Shown here: piece by piece, positions 26,688 through 39,780 of the stretch
Layout: every line of letters starts with the position of its first letter
How positions within the stretch are numbered: position 1 is the first letter of the stretch
NCBI GenBank assembly: GCA_013239625.1
Contig: MU057344.1
Coordinates: forward strand, 12,917,276 to 12,981,275
DNA from: Lama guanicoe
Taxonomy: Eukaryota
Length of the DNA stretch: 64,000 nt
Direction of reading: 5' to 3'
Position numbers and translations under genes: made by a program
The notes under the pieces: model-generated
The model's database searches: none
Told to the model about the DNA's origin: nothing
Seen by the model: only the letters and a program-made list of their open reading frames with translations

Positions 26688-27009
26688 CTAGAAGGCCAAG
26701 GGGAAAAAATGTGAGTAGAAGAGGGTCTGGAGGGTCAGTCCCAGGACTAGGGCTCATGTCCAGCTCTGATTCAGGGACTCAGAACTAAAATGTCTGGTTG
26801 CAGGTGGACCACGAGAGAGAAGGGAGAGATGGAGACCCTCCACACGGCTGATCACTCATCTCTCTTTTCTCTCTGAGGTTGGCCCTGACCTGGGAAAATC
26901 ATTCTGGGACGCGAGCTCTGCCAACGTCACGAGCAGACTGGCGGGGAGGAAGCCGAGGGGGAAGAAGGGGAGTGAGGGAGGAGTCAGAGGGGACGGCTGG
27001 CCTGCTCAC

Positions 27010-27100
27010 CAGGTCAGGATTGGCCCAGTGGCCCTTCAAGGCTGTGGAGACTTTGCCAATGATCAGGTCATTCATTTGCTGGGTGGCTTCTGGATTGTCT
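27010..27100 (-). CDS. UBR4: UBR4 exon (R)DNPEATQQ...ANPDL
   Basis: tccag / GTGAGC, 91 nt. Confidence 0.95.
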
Positions 27101-27519
27101 CTGGAGAAGCAGAGAAAGGAGTCCCGTTACTCACTGTTGGCTATGTTCCTCCTTTGCTTGAAGGAGCCCAGAGAAAAGGAAATCAATGTCAAGGGCTATC
27201 TGGCCTTCCCAGGACAAGGGACAAGACTACACATTAGGCTCACAAAACCCTGCTGTGTAATAAAAAGGGATGTGACTGCTGCCCCTCCCAGGAGGAGACT
27301 GACTGAGGGCAGAGCAGCAGCGACATATGGGAGCTTTTCTCCTGGGTCCACGTCCCAGGCTGCAGACACTGTCCAATGGGTCATCATCTCCAGAATCTAG
27401 CTGTATATGCTCAGTCTTGGTCACAAGTCTTTCCTCACTTTCCCCAACTGCCCCCACTACATTTCCCACAAGGAATCCACACTGTCCATCCATGCCACTT
27501 TGTAATAATATGTATATTA

Positions 27520-28085
27520 ATACTAATAAAAAACATAAATTATGTCATACCACTTTCTTGCTTCCTGACATGTTTTGAATAAAATACAAAGTCCTTACAG
27601 TGGCCTACAAGACCCTACAGGATCTGGCCCCTGGTGACCTTTCATTAATTCCCCTCCCCTTTGTTCTCCCACTGGTGTCCTTCACTCTGACGACACAGGC
27701 CTCCGTCTGGCCACCGCCCCTCAACGTGTCTGGCACAGCCTCGCCTCTGGGCCTGCTGCTTGCGATTTCCGTTGCATGCAGCTTACACCTTCAGTATCTG
27801 CACTTGACCCCTGACCTCACGCAGGCGTCTGCTCAAGTATCATCCTCTCAGGGGTCATCCTTGACCACCATATCCTACACAGCAACCCTGACCGCTATGA
27901 GGGTCACTTCATCTCATCTCCTGACACTGCACTGTGTAACTATCTGTTTCCTGCCATTCTTCTCTCTAGAACATAGACTACGTGAGTGCAGGGACTTTGT
28001 TTCATCTACCACTGTATCCTCAGAGTCTAGAACAGTGCCTGGCATTCAGCAGGTGCCCAATAAATATTTGTTAAGTGAGTGAATA
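27520..28085 (+). mobile_element. L2 LINE 3' end
   Basis: tggcctacaagaccctacaggatctggcccctg ... agaacagtgcctggcattcagcaggtgcccaataaatatttgttaagtgagtgaat. Confidence 0.85.
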
Positions 28086-28269
28086 ATACAGCAAGTAATA
28101 TTCACCAACCACCTAACATGTCCCAGAACTTACGCCACATACTCAGTAAATAACCCACATCCAGCTCTGGGTGCTGTGTCAGCACATGAGAAGTCCTCCA
28201 CAAATGTGAGTTATTACTTATGGGACTTACTTTACTCCATCCTCTCCACAAGCCTTTAAGACATTTGCT

Positions 28270-28395
28270 ATTATCAGTATTTTTCAGATAAGGAAACCTT
28301 AGGCTCAGAGAAGTTAAGTAATTTGTCCAAGGCACACAGTACAAGGTATCAGATACTGGGTCTTTCACATCCAGTCCAAGCTCTTAACCACTAGG
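28270..28395 (-). mobile_element. MIR fragment
   Basis: ttttcagataaggaaaccttaggctcagagaagttaagtaatttgtccaagg. Confidence 0.8.
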
Positions 28396-28739
28396 CCCCC
28401 CTGCTCTAACTGTCTCTTCTTTTGTGGGAGTCTTGAGTCCAAGTGCCCAGTCACCCCCCCCCAACCAGAACTCAGAAACTTTCCTCAGGAAACCTCACCG
28501 GAACCAACAAAGTGCAAGCCAAATATACTACCCACAAGGAAACTGGGCTCCAAACGCTCCCCAGGTTCGCTCGTCTATACCCGGCATATCTCCCACATTT
28601 CCCTCTCTTATGAGCCAGCCAACCCACTTGGCAGCGAGCACAACCCCTCGCAGCCTGCAGCGCTCCCAGCACTGCCACTGCTCCCAACCCCAGCGTGAGC
28701 AGCAACGACCAGCCCCGTAACCAGGGTGTGGGCTCTGAC

Positions 28740-29083
28740 CGAGTCAGGAGGCACATGAGCTGGCGGACCTCCTCCCGCATGGCCGCAGAGCCTCTGCGAA
28801 GATTATAGTCAAAAAGCTCCCGGATGAGGCCCTGGGAGACGAGGATGTGCCTGAGGGCAGGATTGGTGGCCAGGGCCCGGAGCAGCGTGATGCAGTGTTC
28901 GGTGACGGCCGAGGCGCAACCATAGCACTTGGTGGAGGATGTGTGGCCACAGCCAAGAACGGATAAGGCGCGGTACTGGCTGGCAGTAAAGGTGGGCTGC
29001 ACGGAGGTCCGGGATGATTTAGTGGCCGCTTCCCTCTGCTGCAGGTCATATTCCAACAACTCTTTGCGTGAAGCAAAAACTTT
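28740..29083 (-). CDS. UBR4: UBR4 exon KVFASRKE...MCLLT(R)
   Basis: cttag / GTCAGA, 344 nt. Confidence 0.95.
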
Positions 29084-29897
29084 CTAAGCAGAAAAAAAAG
29101 ACAAAGAGGAGAGAAATTAACAATTAAAATAAGGAGAAAGAGGACGTTAACTGGAAATTAGCTTTGGTTTGAGAAAACACTTTACACGCATTATCTAATT
29201 TAACCTTCTCAATAATCCTACCAGTTAGATATCTCATCCCCGTTTTACACAGTTGGAAATAAGCCTAGAGGGGTTCGCTGGACCAGAGTAAACGGCAGTT
29301 AGAACTCAGCCTCTGATTACAGGCACATGCCCTTAACTCCCACGTAACACTGTCTCGTAAAGAACAAAGTCTGAAATGACGTGCAGGTAGCAAAGGTGGC
29401 ACTCCAGCAAGCCGGGGCAAGGACGCTGGCTGCTCTTGTCCACGGCCAGCCTTCCACCCCATGCGGATGAGGCTTGTTACAACCCATCCACGTTATGACC
29501 CACACGGGCTGCCGGGAGTTGTGCCCTACCCTCCTAGCCTCAACACGTATAGCAGAGAAAGAGGGAACCGAATCTTGGCACCCAATTTTTTTTAAAACCA
29601 GTTAACCCCTCTCCTAAAAGATTGGTTGTGAATGGTCAAGAAAAACAGATCTATAATAATTTGAATAATCTCCATTATTCTCTGATTTTCTGGAATGAAC
29701 TCAGCTCTCTGCTAAGCACCTGAAACTGCAGTCGGGGAGAAGCTGTGTGGTGGGGCCACTCGGGCTCTGCCTTTTGGCTGGACTAGGTGAGGGCACCCCA
29801 AGAGCTGATCTACTGGATGAGAACAACAGAACTACTCTGACAACACTATCGATACCACATGACAAAACCCTCTCTCCAGCTGCTCGCGTTCCTCTAC

Positions 29898-30026
29898 CTG
29901 GATGATTTTGGAGAGTTCATCGAAAGAGTTCTTGCAGTCTCCACAGTACTCCTGGGCCAACTGCAGGATGTAACGATTCACACTGGCTGAGGTGGAGCTG
30001 ATGCCCCCGGCCGTTCCCGAGTCATC
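29898..30026 (-). CDS. UBR4: UBR4 exon DDSGTAGG...SKIIQ
   Basis: tgcag / GTAGAG, 129 nt. Confidence 0.95.
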
Positions 30027-30141
30027 CTGCAACCCAAGAGGCAAGCTGTCAGCCTTCCACCTCGAGCCAGTCTCACCTAGGGGCCGGTCTTCTGATTGGG
30101 ATCCAGAACTGTCTCTAGGTGCCCCTCCAGCTGGGGGTTAC

Positions 30142-30267
30142 CTGCGGCTTTTCAGGCGCTGCCTCGTTCACTTTGCAGAGCAGGCTCTCCAGCTGTGGGC
30201 GATGTCCCATCAGCTGATGATACACTCGATCGGCTTTGTCCAGAAGCGTGTTGATGCTGGAAACCGC
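30142..30267 (-). CDS. UBR4: UBR4 exon AVSSINTL...PEKPQ
   Basis: gctag / GTAACC, 126 nt. Confidence 0.95.
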
Positions 30268-31017
30268 CTAGCCGGGAAGAGACAGGGAGTGCATGAAGGA
30301 TTCTCCTCTGAGTCACCTGAACTGCCAGCCATCACTGAGCACTGCCTATACGTCAGGTACTGTTTCACACTATTGCTATTCTTCACAGAAATCCTGTGGG
30401 TGGGTATGTCTGTTTGTTGTTTTTTTAATAACATACAATGTATGTATACATACAATACACATATAAACAAACAACGCTAAGAGAAGTCACTTTTGCCAGA
30501 TTGCACAGTATTAAAAAGCACGGGTGGAACTGGAACTTCTGTCCTTCTAACTCCAAAGCCAGATGTTCTTTTTCTTTCCCAAGCTGCTTCTGGTGACCAT
30601 CCCAACAGTTCCCCCTTTTCAGTGACCTCTGACATCCAGACCCACCACATCGTGCTGGCTGAGAACCAGCCCCTGGACAAGCTAACACTGGGGTAGGCTA
30701 GGAGCTGCAATTTGAAGCAGGCTGTGGAACAAATGCAGGGCAAGCCACCCAACTTCTATCTGCCTTCCCAAATCTAAGGTTATTTGCCCTATGAGATAGA
30801 TATTCTAGCTTAATTACCAACCAACACGTCTCCAAGATCCTCTACAAAGCATGTGTTCCTATATGCCTTATTCATTGCCACACAAAAGCCAAGCCTTGAA
30901 AACAGTGCTGAGTTGAGGAAGGCTTGAGCTAGAAGGAAAAGCACGCTCCCCATACCAGTTGGGCCCACAGCTCAGATCAAAGCCACCTTCCTGAGTCTAG
31001 GACAGACATGGCCTCAC

Positions 31018-31156
31018 CTTCTTCCGGTCCTCCTCATTCTCAATGGGATCCACTGCACAGCAAGGCTTGGCATAGAGCATGAAGTCAAAGCGAGCATATT
31101 TACAGAAGCCACAGGCGTTGCACAGGAAGGGATCCTTTTCATCATAGTTGATGGAT
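31018..31156 (-). CDS. UBR4: UBR4 exon (R)[19 protein letters not shown]...EDRKK, Cys-rich domain
   Basis: ttcag / GTGAGG, 139 nt. Confidence 0.95.
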
Positions 31157-31568
31157 CTGAAAAACCAGTGTTTGGGTCAGGCGGACAGCAGAGGTTTGGT
31201 GGCGAGGAGACAGACTATGCCCCATCTGCACTCTGGAAACTACTGCAGGGATGACTAGAGGGACAGCAGCAAACAGGTGAGGATGACTGAGGCAACTAGG
31301 TAACAAGAACGGGGGACCCAGAACTAAACTTAGGGACACCCCCCACCACTCACCACAGGATGGGCACCAGCATGCATGCACACACACACACACCCTCCCA
31401 TCCTTCCCCTTCCTCCCTCCCTCTTCTCTCCACCCTTGAACTTACCATTCTACATACCCCACAATCCTCTAATTACTAAGAGAGCACCGGACACTGAAAC
31501 TGCCCACAGCGAGACTCATAGACAAATGTAAGGGATGTACGTGGCCTGGGCAACAACCACTCACTCAC

Positions 31569-31808
31569 CTGCACTTGTGACACTGGTAGACGTTCTCCCC
31601 ACAGTTGCCACAGACCCCTGGGCTGGCAGGGACAGAGGCACTACAGCGTGGGCACTGCAGGGTCTCTGTGGAGGCCTGGTAGTTTTCATAGAAGTCTGCA
31701 AACTCAATCATCAGGTTGGAGGCCACAATGGGCAAAGGCAGGTCGATTTTCACCTCCGTCTGTCCAGGGGTCAGCTGAACCTTCTTGGCTTTGTGCCAGC
31801 GAGCCGGC
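31569..31808 (-). CDS. UBR4: UBR4 exon (K)PARWHKAK...CPRC...CGNC...CHKC(R), Cys-rich Zn domain
   Basis: catag / GTGAGT, 240 nt; CxxC pairs. Confidence 0.95.
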
Positions 31809-32329
31809 CTATGAGAGACAGTGTCAGACAGAGGGGCTGAGGGTCTGAGAGCCTCTCGTGTGACCCTCAGCAACACTGGTCTGATGAGACGAAGAGAGGA
31901 CTGTCCCTACCTATCTATTCTTCTAAGGCAATAGTTATTCTAAGAAATGGAAATCTGGCAAACAAAAGTAACCTAATTAAAATTCTTTTTTTCCTCTACC
32001 CTTTCTCTATTAAAAAAAAAAAAAGGATATACAGGTGCTTTAAGATGTTATATGATAATTTTTGAGATTCCAGAAAAACAGCAAGGGAATGCGTATCAAG
32101 GGAACACATTACTCCAAAAATATGCCACAATAAAACCTATAATCCAAAGAGGTACCATGACAATGACTGCCTTAAGCTCCCACCACGACAACTACCTTAG
32201 AAGGATAAAACTCAGGTTGCTTTAGAGGCAGAGGGACATACCAGGATCCAGACGAAGTGCTAAGTAGAGTCAGAAAGAGAAAAGGCATGTAGTAATACTT
32301 TAGAGGTAACTACATTAATACAATCAGAA

Positions 32330-32540
32330 CTAACATTTTAGATGAGCACTTAATATATGCCAGGCTCTGTTCTCAGCACTTCACATATACTAACACATTT
32401 AATCCTAAAAATAACACCCTGAAAATAGACTTCTCTCCATTTGATAGTTAAGGAAACTGAGACTACGTAAATTCTCCAAGGTTGGAGAGATAGGGAGTTG
32501 AACTGGGATGTGAATCCACAGTCTCATTTCAGAGTCTGAG
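32330..32540 (-). mobile_element. MIR SINE
   Basis: gagcacttaatatatgccagg...catttaatcct...aggaaactgagact. Confidence 0.75.
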
Positions 32541-33378
32541 GGCTTTCCCGGCAGCTGTGCTGACTCTACACAAATCCACCTTCTCCAGAGGGACCGGGTC
32601 GTCCCCATGAGCAGCTTCTGCTTGCAGGTCACCAGTGTTAACTCTGCTTTTCAAAGGACAAAGAGAAAACTTCCTTTAAGCAGAGCTCGAGGCGGCCATC
32701 TGCTCACATGGTATATGCTGGCTTTGTGCCTCCTCTCAGAATTCCACCAACACTCCTACACAGAGAACAGCGCTCTCACTGGAGGTCTTAACAGTCAAGT
32801 AACATCTGTCTGTGTTCTCTACCCAACAGCAATGCCTGAGTCTTCAACACCAAGAGCTTGGTCTCCATAAGAGTCAACACTACAACCCATGCTGGTCTCC
32901 TCTCTGGCCCATAAATGACAGGCCTCCATTCAAACAGTGGAACACATGAGCAAGAAAGATCCAGCATCGACATGTACAGAGGGAAGGCACCATGCAGAAG
33001 TGGGAGGACTCTGCATTAGAGAAGGTTTTTGAGAAATATCACCTGCTCTGCGAGCAAGAGAACAGCATCTTAATCCAAGACAACGCCGCCTACCTCCCAC
33101 ACAGAAGGTTTTATAGAGAAACTAGGACTGCTCCAGTTAACACGAGCAGGCTGTGAGAGCTGAGACCCCGAGGGCGCTACAGGACACAACTTCAAGGTGA
33201 TCTTCATCAGCATCCTCAAGAACTGGCATCTACTTCAGACCCTCAGCCAGGACCAAAGCAGCGCGGCACCGGACCCCAGCCACCGGAGCCGACAGCCATG
33301 TTAAGCCTCTAGCGCCTGCTGTCCCTGCCCACGCCCCTCCCGAGCCTGCTGCCCGGCCCACTCCCGCGAAGCCCGTAC

Positions 33379-33572
33379 TTGTTTTTCAGCTCCACGATGG
33401 CCTGCACAGTTCGGTTGTTGTANNNNNNNNNNNNNNNNNNNNNNNNNNNNNNNNNNNNNNNNNNNNNNNNNNNNNNNNNNNNNNNNNNNNNNNNNNNNNN
33501 NNNNNNNNNNNNNNNNNNNNNNNNNNNNNNNNNNNNNNNNNNNNNNNNNNNNNNNNNNNNNNNNNNNNNNNN
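33379..33572 (-). CDS. UBR4: UBR4 exon [N-run]YNNRTVQAIVELKN(K); 5' end inside N-run, inferred
   Basis: GTACGG donor visible; acceptor hidden, end estimated from the expected 194-nt exon; pyrimidine tract at the right gap edge. Confidence 0.8.
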
Positions 33573-33828
33573 NNNNNNACAAAAGTACACAGAAAACACT
33601 GTGTTAGTTCAAGGTCAATGGCTCATCCTGCTCTCTTCAAAACTCATCAGTAGAACCCACTCTTCACCCATGGATGAAGTTTCTGTTTGCAGTAGGATGG
33701 CAGGCAAGGCTTCACACCACTGGTGACCGGCTATCAGGAGAGGAACACCTGTGCAGTAACGAACTGGAAACAAGAAACCCCCTGGCCCTGTAAGCCCCAA
33801 GATCGTCCACATTAAAGATGACACTTAC

Positions 33829-33916
33829 ACAAAACGGCACTTCTGGATTATTACACACCAGGCAGGGGTCACTCTCCAGGTAATAGCCATCAAATTCCAC
33901 TAAGCCAGACAAGGTG
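33829..33916 (-). CDS. UBR4: UBR4 exon (N)TLSGLVEF...EVPFC
   Basis: ctcag / GTAAGT, 88 nt. Confidence 0.95.
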
Positions 33917-34618
33917 CTGAGGAGGAAAACAGTCTCAGCATGAGGACATTTTCATTACAGAAGGCACAGAGCTTCACAAAGAAGCCAGGAAATAGAAAAC
34001 CAGGGCTCAATACTCCCCAAGGCAAGCCCCACTCTAGTCAGAACAAGGAAATGGGAGAAATCCCAGCAGGGTTTACAAGTCACAGGAAGAAAATGTCAAC
34101 TGATAGACGTTCCTACTTCTGGACTGTCGTGAGATCAGGGGAATCCTAGAAAGTTACGTTAAAATTTGACTCAGAGAATAGTCACAGTTAAACTTACTAA
34201 AAATCACTGAATTGCATATTTGAAATAGGTAAATTCTGTTGTGTATAAATTATTCCTCAATAAAGTCTGGGGTGGGGGAGAACAGTCACTAATAAACCAG
34301 AGACATGACAAACTGACAGTTCAATAAACATTCTCAGAGTTTTTCTTTAATGCAGTCATTTTCTGTAAACCTGGCTTGTGTGATTTAGACTTGGACCCTT
34401 GAAACCAGAGACTTTCTTAAATTACTGCTTAACAAACCCTAACTCAACAATTGCATTCTGAGCACCATCTGCACACAAGGCCCCAGCTACGAGGGAGGCA
34501 TTCAAAGACCAACTAGACAGGAGTGCGCTGAGTCATATGTAAGAGCCCACCAGCGTGGAAATAGCAACTCGGACTGTTGACTGAGCTTCAAATAGGAAGA
34601 AAGCAGAACAAAGCTCAC

Positions 34619-34704
34619 TTGTAAATGTTGGAGTTGGGATGGTTGGTAAGAATATGGTTTTGAGTCCGCAGAATCTCAACGGCCTTCTGTGAATACTCTT
34701 TCAA
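34619..34704 (-). CDS. UBR4: UBR4 exon LKEYSQKA...NSNIY
   Basis: ttcag / GTGAGC, 86 nt. Confidence 0.95.
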
Positions 34705-35294
34705 CTGAAAACAGAAGTCAATACAGGACCACAGTTAAAGCCCAAGGGAAAGTCTTCCTGGAAAAGACTGTTCTCCTCTGCTTTCTAGCTGGTACGGCCC
34801 TAGAAGTACCAGTTCTCACTCAGAATCATACAAAGCTGGGCCTAATGCCTAATCGTTTATAAAGGGTTCTATCTGCTTCAGAAGCTTCTATAATCTTAGG
34901 GACAGTCCATCTGTTAACACTCTTGTGGAGGAAGATAAACTTTATTATTGTGGAGAAGCCATGAAATGGTTCTCGAACTGCAGAAACACCTCTAGATTTG
35001 TGGTCAGGACTGCCAGGAAAACCAGAGGAGCACATTCTTTCCCAAGTAACTTAACTGAGTTGCATTTTCTTCCCCACTCTATCTACTTCTGTTTATCGGC
35101 TAAGCCAAATTCAGACTGTATTTATTTGCTAGTGTATAATATCTAGGTGGTACATATATACTAGGAATGCTTAATACATATTTAAAAGAGATTTCATATG
35201 TGTACCCGCTATGTGGGGTGGTCATAACGTTCTTAACTCAAGAGAAGGATTAAACACGGCAAGTTAACCTCTCTGACCATCAATCATCTGTTAC

Positions 35295-35439
35295 CTTCTT
35301 CTCCGTCTGTGGGGTTTTCAAGGAGAAATATCCTAGTAGGTCCACAAACTGGGCAGCCTTACGACCGTAGGCAGGGAGTTCCGGCCATATGGACCACATC
35401 AGATCTAGCAGGAGCTCCTGTTGAGATTTGCTAGAGTTT
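35295..35439 (-). CDS. UBR4: UBR4 exon (R)NSSKSQQE...QTEKK
   Basis: tgcag / GTAACA, 145 nt. Confidence 0.95.
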
Positions 35440-35952
35440 CTGCAGATAAATGACAGGTCACATTACAAGTAGCAGAAAACCCTGAGGTTCCTTCATCTAT
35501 CAACAAGGCCCAGATACTGTTTGGAACCTGCATCTATTTTCCCGTTACCAGGGGTTAAGTCTGAACGGCGCTGTTGCTCTTTTCACAATCAGCCCTAACA
35601 GATGCAGCACAATCCTTCCCTGTCTTCAGGAGGTGGTCTACTCCCACCATCCAACATTACTCAGTGGCAGAAACTGAGCTTGTTAGCCTGAAGGGTCAAG
35701 CCTGGTCACTTTACAAACTTCCAAACAAGCCTTCTTAGTGGAAAACAGATCATCTCTTGCTTATGATATCAGTTTAATAGCTAAAAAAAAAGTTAACTCG
35801 ATGAAGAAATCTGCAATAGTCAAGAAGATTCAGATTGCTGTAAACATTGATACTGTGACCTTGAGTATGTAACGTAAAACCAGGACAGAACTACATCACC
35901 CACTCTGGCCCCAGACCCAGGCAGTCTGCTAAAACTAAGCCCCAGACCCTAC

Positions 35953-36121
35953 CTGTAGATATGCAGTGTCAGGCAGTGGGCTTGCCAGCGCACTGAGGAA
36001 GAATTGGACTCTAAGAGGAAGCAACGCAGAAACTGTACCAAGGTTTCCTTATCTGCAAACTTGTTCAGTTGGTTCACCAGAGCTGTGCACAGTTGGTCCT
36101 CCTGGCTGCCTGAGCTCTCAC
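35953..36121 (-). CDS. UBR4: UBR4 exon (G)ESSGSQED...LHIY(R)
   Basis: tgcag / GTAGGG, 169 nt. Confidence 0.95.
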
Positions 36122-36411
36122 CTGCAAGATCAAAGCAGGACTGAGGGCTGAAGAGTAGGCAGAAGTGGCCTAGGGTCCTACAGCCAGTGCTCGGGTGGAG
36201 AGGGAGGGGATTCTGTTCATGTCTAAAAGTTTCACTGAAATGACTGTCACCTGAAAACAACTTTTAGTTGTTTACTAGGAGACAGAAGATCAGCCCTAAA
36301 TATAATAATGCTACCAAAAAAACACAAGATAAAGTGCCTATATAAGCCTACACTGAGCAAACATAGTTACACTGAAGAAAGAACTTCCTTTCAAAAGTCT
36401 GCTATCCAAGA

Positions 36412-36530
36412 GAGGAGGGTGTAGCGCAGTGGTAGAGTGTAGTGCTTGAGGTCCTGGCTTCAATCCCCAAGACTTCCAATAAAATAAGTAAATAAATAAA
36501 CCTAATTACCTCAAAACAAAACAAAACAAA
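36412..36530 (+). mobile_element. tRNA-derived camelid-type SINE (internally deleted head)
   Basis: gagggtgtagcgcagtggtagag...gaggtcctggcttcaatcccc...aaataaataaacctaattacctc then (aaaac)n tail. Confidence 0.8.
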
Positions 36531-37112
36531 AAGAACTGCTTTAAAAAATAAAGTTCTTTATTAAAAAAAGGCAACATTACTATAGACCTGCACAGAGGTA
36601 TCTAAATAATTAACTGCAAGAATGTGAACCACCCTCCACTGCTCTCCACCACTGATCACCCGTCTCAGGCCTCCAAGGACTACGAAAAGCAGGGAAGGAG
36701 AAAAGCTTTTTTGCCTTTCTGATGGCAAGGAGTCAGCTAAAGCTGACTACAGCTTCCATATGTAGTGCATTCACCAGTTTACAAAGTATATTTATTAGCA
36801 AAGTTTCATTTAACACTGACAGCCTCTCCAGGAAGCAAGTGTTATTTCACAGAAAAGGAAACCTGGCCTACTAAAAAATGTCCAGTGCACTCGGACCTTT
36901 CCCATTACAGCCACTTGGTATGGGAAGTCACACTTTTAAGGTGTCACCTTCAACATCACTGAAAATGACACCAAAAGTAGACACTAGAGGGCGTTTGAGT
37001 TTTAGATCCCTGTAAATCTGAATGAAAAACCTTTCAGAAGAGAATGAACTACGTGTTCCCAGAGAGCTCAGAAACATCACCCTGGACACCAAGACAAAAG
37101 GGTGACTCTTAC

Positions 37113-37358
37113 CCTCTTTCTCCTTTTCCTTTTCTTCTTTCTTGCTCTTCTTTGTGGACGACTTCGACTGTGTTGTGGCTTGTCCAGAACTGGTGGCCAC
37201 AGGGGCCGAGGAGGACGAAGCACTGGAGGACCCCGCGGAAGCCGCCAGAGCAGCAAGCACCTTGCTGCCACACAGAGCGCAGGAGAGCAGCTGCAGCAGC
37301 ACCGGAGACACCCCCTCGTCCACCAGAAAGCTGACTTGGAGGAGGAAGTACAGGACGG
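37113..37358 (-). CDS. UBR4: UBR4 exon (S)VLYFLLQV...KEKEKE
   Basis: tgcag / GTAAGA, 246 nt. Confidence 0.95.
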
Positions 37359-37847
37359 CTGCAGGCAGAGGAGACAGTGGCTCAGCCCCGAGACAACTAC
37401 GAGACTCACACACAAGAACGGCGCAGCTTCTCCACACGGCCAGGGCTACCTTATTCCCACCACCTTCCTTGTCCACGTTCTCTGCTGGATGCTACCGAGA
37501 AGAATTCACACCCTCTGTAGAAATACCTGACCATTTTGTAACAACTACACAGAGACTGGCTTTCAGCCCCCAGTTCTCTGGAGATGATTCTCCTCTTCAG
37601 TTTACCACCACAGTCTGGAAGTCAGATACTCCTACCTGTGCTCCCCTAGCACCCCAAATTTTGTCTATGGACCCTTATCAGCCTTTTACGTTTTTACTTG
37701 TCTTCTTTGCTGGGCAGAGTTCTGTCTGTCTTGCTCACAGCTATAGCTCTAGCACCCAGCTTAGTGCTTGGCGCATAGTGGGCCTTGATGAATGGTTCTT
37801 GAAGGAATGAAGGAATAACAGCAACCAAAAGGAGAGTCACTGCTTAC

Positions 37848-37926
37848 AGTCGTCTTTGATGCAGAACTTCTGCCAGTTGATGGTTCGCTGGGCAGCGATC
37901 TCTGCACAGGCTTTCAGGTGCTCCAT
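37848..37926 (-). CDS. UBR4: UBR4 exon MEHLKACA...CIKDD
   Basis: ttcag / GTAAGC, 79 nt. Confidence 0.95.
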
Positions 37927-38701
37927 CTGAAATGGAAACCGATCACCAGAAATGAGTCGCCCTGCCGAGCGGCCCACGCCCGCTGCCTTGAGAGGTCATC
38001 ACCTCAGCTCTGGATTACAAATGCCAGCCCTCTGTGCAAGGTTGACTCAGTGCCCTGGTGAACATGGGACGAAGGCCCACACACTGCAGCTCTTACTGAG
38101 CCTCTTACGTCCAACAGCCCACCACGCAAAGGATCCTTCAGACCACCTGATAATGCAGCAGCAAAGGCAGGCTGCGCCCTAAGACACTACAACCCAGTTT
38201 ATTTTTTTCTTGCAAAAAGCACAATAGTAAGAGCATTAGATACGGAGTCTTTAATACTGAAGATGTTCTTTCTGGATGTTCCTGTGCAATATATTCCATT
38301 TACTCCCCAAAGTCAAACAATTTATCTTAGGCGGTCGGAAATACACCATTTCTTTAGTTTTCAGGGACAAGGATGAGAGGCGCACACATCTCAGGCTGCT
38401 CCTGTCTACGACATGAGCAAATGACACTGGTAAGAAGCCCAAGCCACCCCTCCTCACAACGGCGGAAGCCCTGCCAGGTAGAGGTGGGCATGGTGGGGGG
38501 AATCGCAGACCCTGAGGCCAACTGCACATGGTACAGCACCCAGGTGGGTGCCATGGATCTACCCTGACCGCCACCCTGGCCATGACGTCCTCTAAATATT
38601 ATTGAAAAGCCCTGTGTGTGCTGCTCCAGCCTATCACCTACTTGGCTGAGCCTCATCACATGCCTTCTCCTGGCCCTACCGCCCTCCCGCACCGGCCGTA
38701 C

Positions 38702-38929
38702 CAGGCTGATGAGCGTGTCATACTGCAAGGCGGAGCCTGAGCTGGCTGTGACCACGCTTGCCCGGAGGAATATCCCCTGCTCCTCCAGCAGCTTCTTGAT
38801 CCCACGCACGTGGGAGTCCAGCGTGTGCAAATCCCGCAGCTGGCGGTATTTCTCCTTTGACCCACAGATGAAAAGCAGAAGTTTGCGGACTTGGCGGCGC
38901 ACAAACGGAGTTTGCTGGATCATCAGGTA
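38702..38929 (-). CDS. UBR4: UBR4 exon YLMIQQTP...DTLISL
   Basis: tccag / GTACGG, 228 nt. Confidence 0.95.
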
Positions 38930-39359
38930 CTGGAGGAGAGGAACAACACAGAGTCAGTGACACTGGAACTGCATTGGTACCGGCCACAGCTCCCTGGGTT
39001 TTCACAGACTGTTACTAAAAACCGGTCAGAAACACAAACCAAGCTACTTCCTTGCAGTCAAGCCAACCTCTGGTGAACTTCAATATTCCTTACAGAAACC
39101 AGGAGAAAAAAAAGCATAGAAATAAGAACATCAAAAAGAGAAAAAGAGCACTATTCCTGCTCCACCTCATGGAGCGCTTAGGAGTCTACAGGGAAGCTGG
39201 TCTCCAATCCAGAGTGAAACCGTAAGGGAAAAAACATTCAGAACCTCTCTTTTGGGTAAAAGTGGTGGGGAAGAAGTTGGGTTGTTGTACTTGCACCACC
39301 TGAAATGGTCATTTGGGGTTTGCTAACATCATTTCTTCCTAGAGTTAATCTCACGCTTG

Positions 39360-39780
39360 CTGGGCGAGTTACTAAGCTGTTTTCTCTCGGCTCCAAACCC
39401 ACCACCCCACTACCCCGGGCTCTGTGATGTCCAGTCCACAGCTATGTGCTAACTGCACTGCTTCTTTGCCAGCTGGTTCCCTCTTAGGTTCTGCCAATAG
39501 GGAGCCCTAGAGGCACACCAGAGGCAGGAGGAAAAGAAGGGACTTGCTCCCTCCTGTTCGCCTGCTGTCCCAGCACCAGCCCTTCACCCCGGCAGCCTCC
39601 AGCGTTCCTTTAGTAGTCAAGGGCAAACCAAGTTCAGGTGGTCCCAGTCATCAGCTTCCTTCTGTACTTCCAGAATCAGCCACATCACATCCCTCCAGAG
39701 CTCCTCAGGGATCAGCAGCAGCACGCCCTCCTCAGATCCACCAGGCCTCTCCTCTCCATACGAAGGGCTGCTGGCAGCTG
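39360..39780. mobile_element. Possible old ERVL-type solo LTR fragment
   Basis: ttgccagctggttccctcttaggttctgccaataggga motif resembles LTR33/LTR16 families. Confidence 0.35.

Noticed and set aside
27134-27160. Exon-like ttcaag|CAAAGG...CCAACA|gtgagt just upstream of the DNPEAT exon
   Set aside because: About 22 nt (not 3n) and only about 33 nt from the next acceptor, too short for an intron.
27600-28082. 160-aa plus-strand ORF
   Set aside because: Lies within a decayed L2 3' end.
37142-37810. 222-aa plus-strand ORF and other antisense ORFs (3242-3757, 5534-6004, 26879-27400, 29992-30480)
   Set aside because: Antisense shadows of GC-rich UBR4 exons, mostly non-ATG starts, no recognisable protein.
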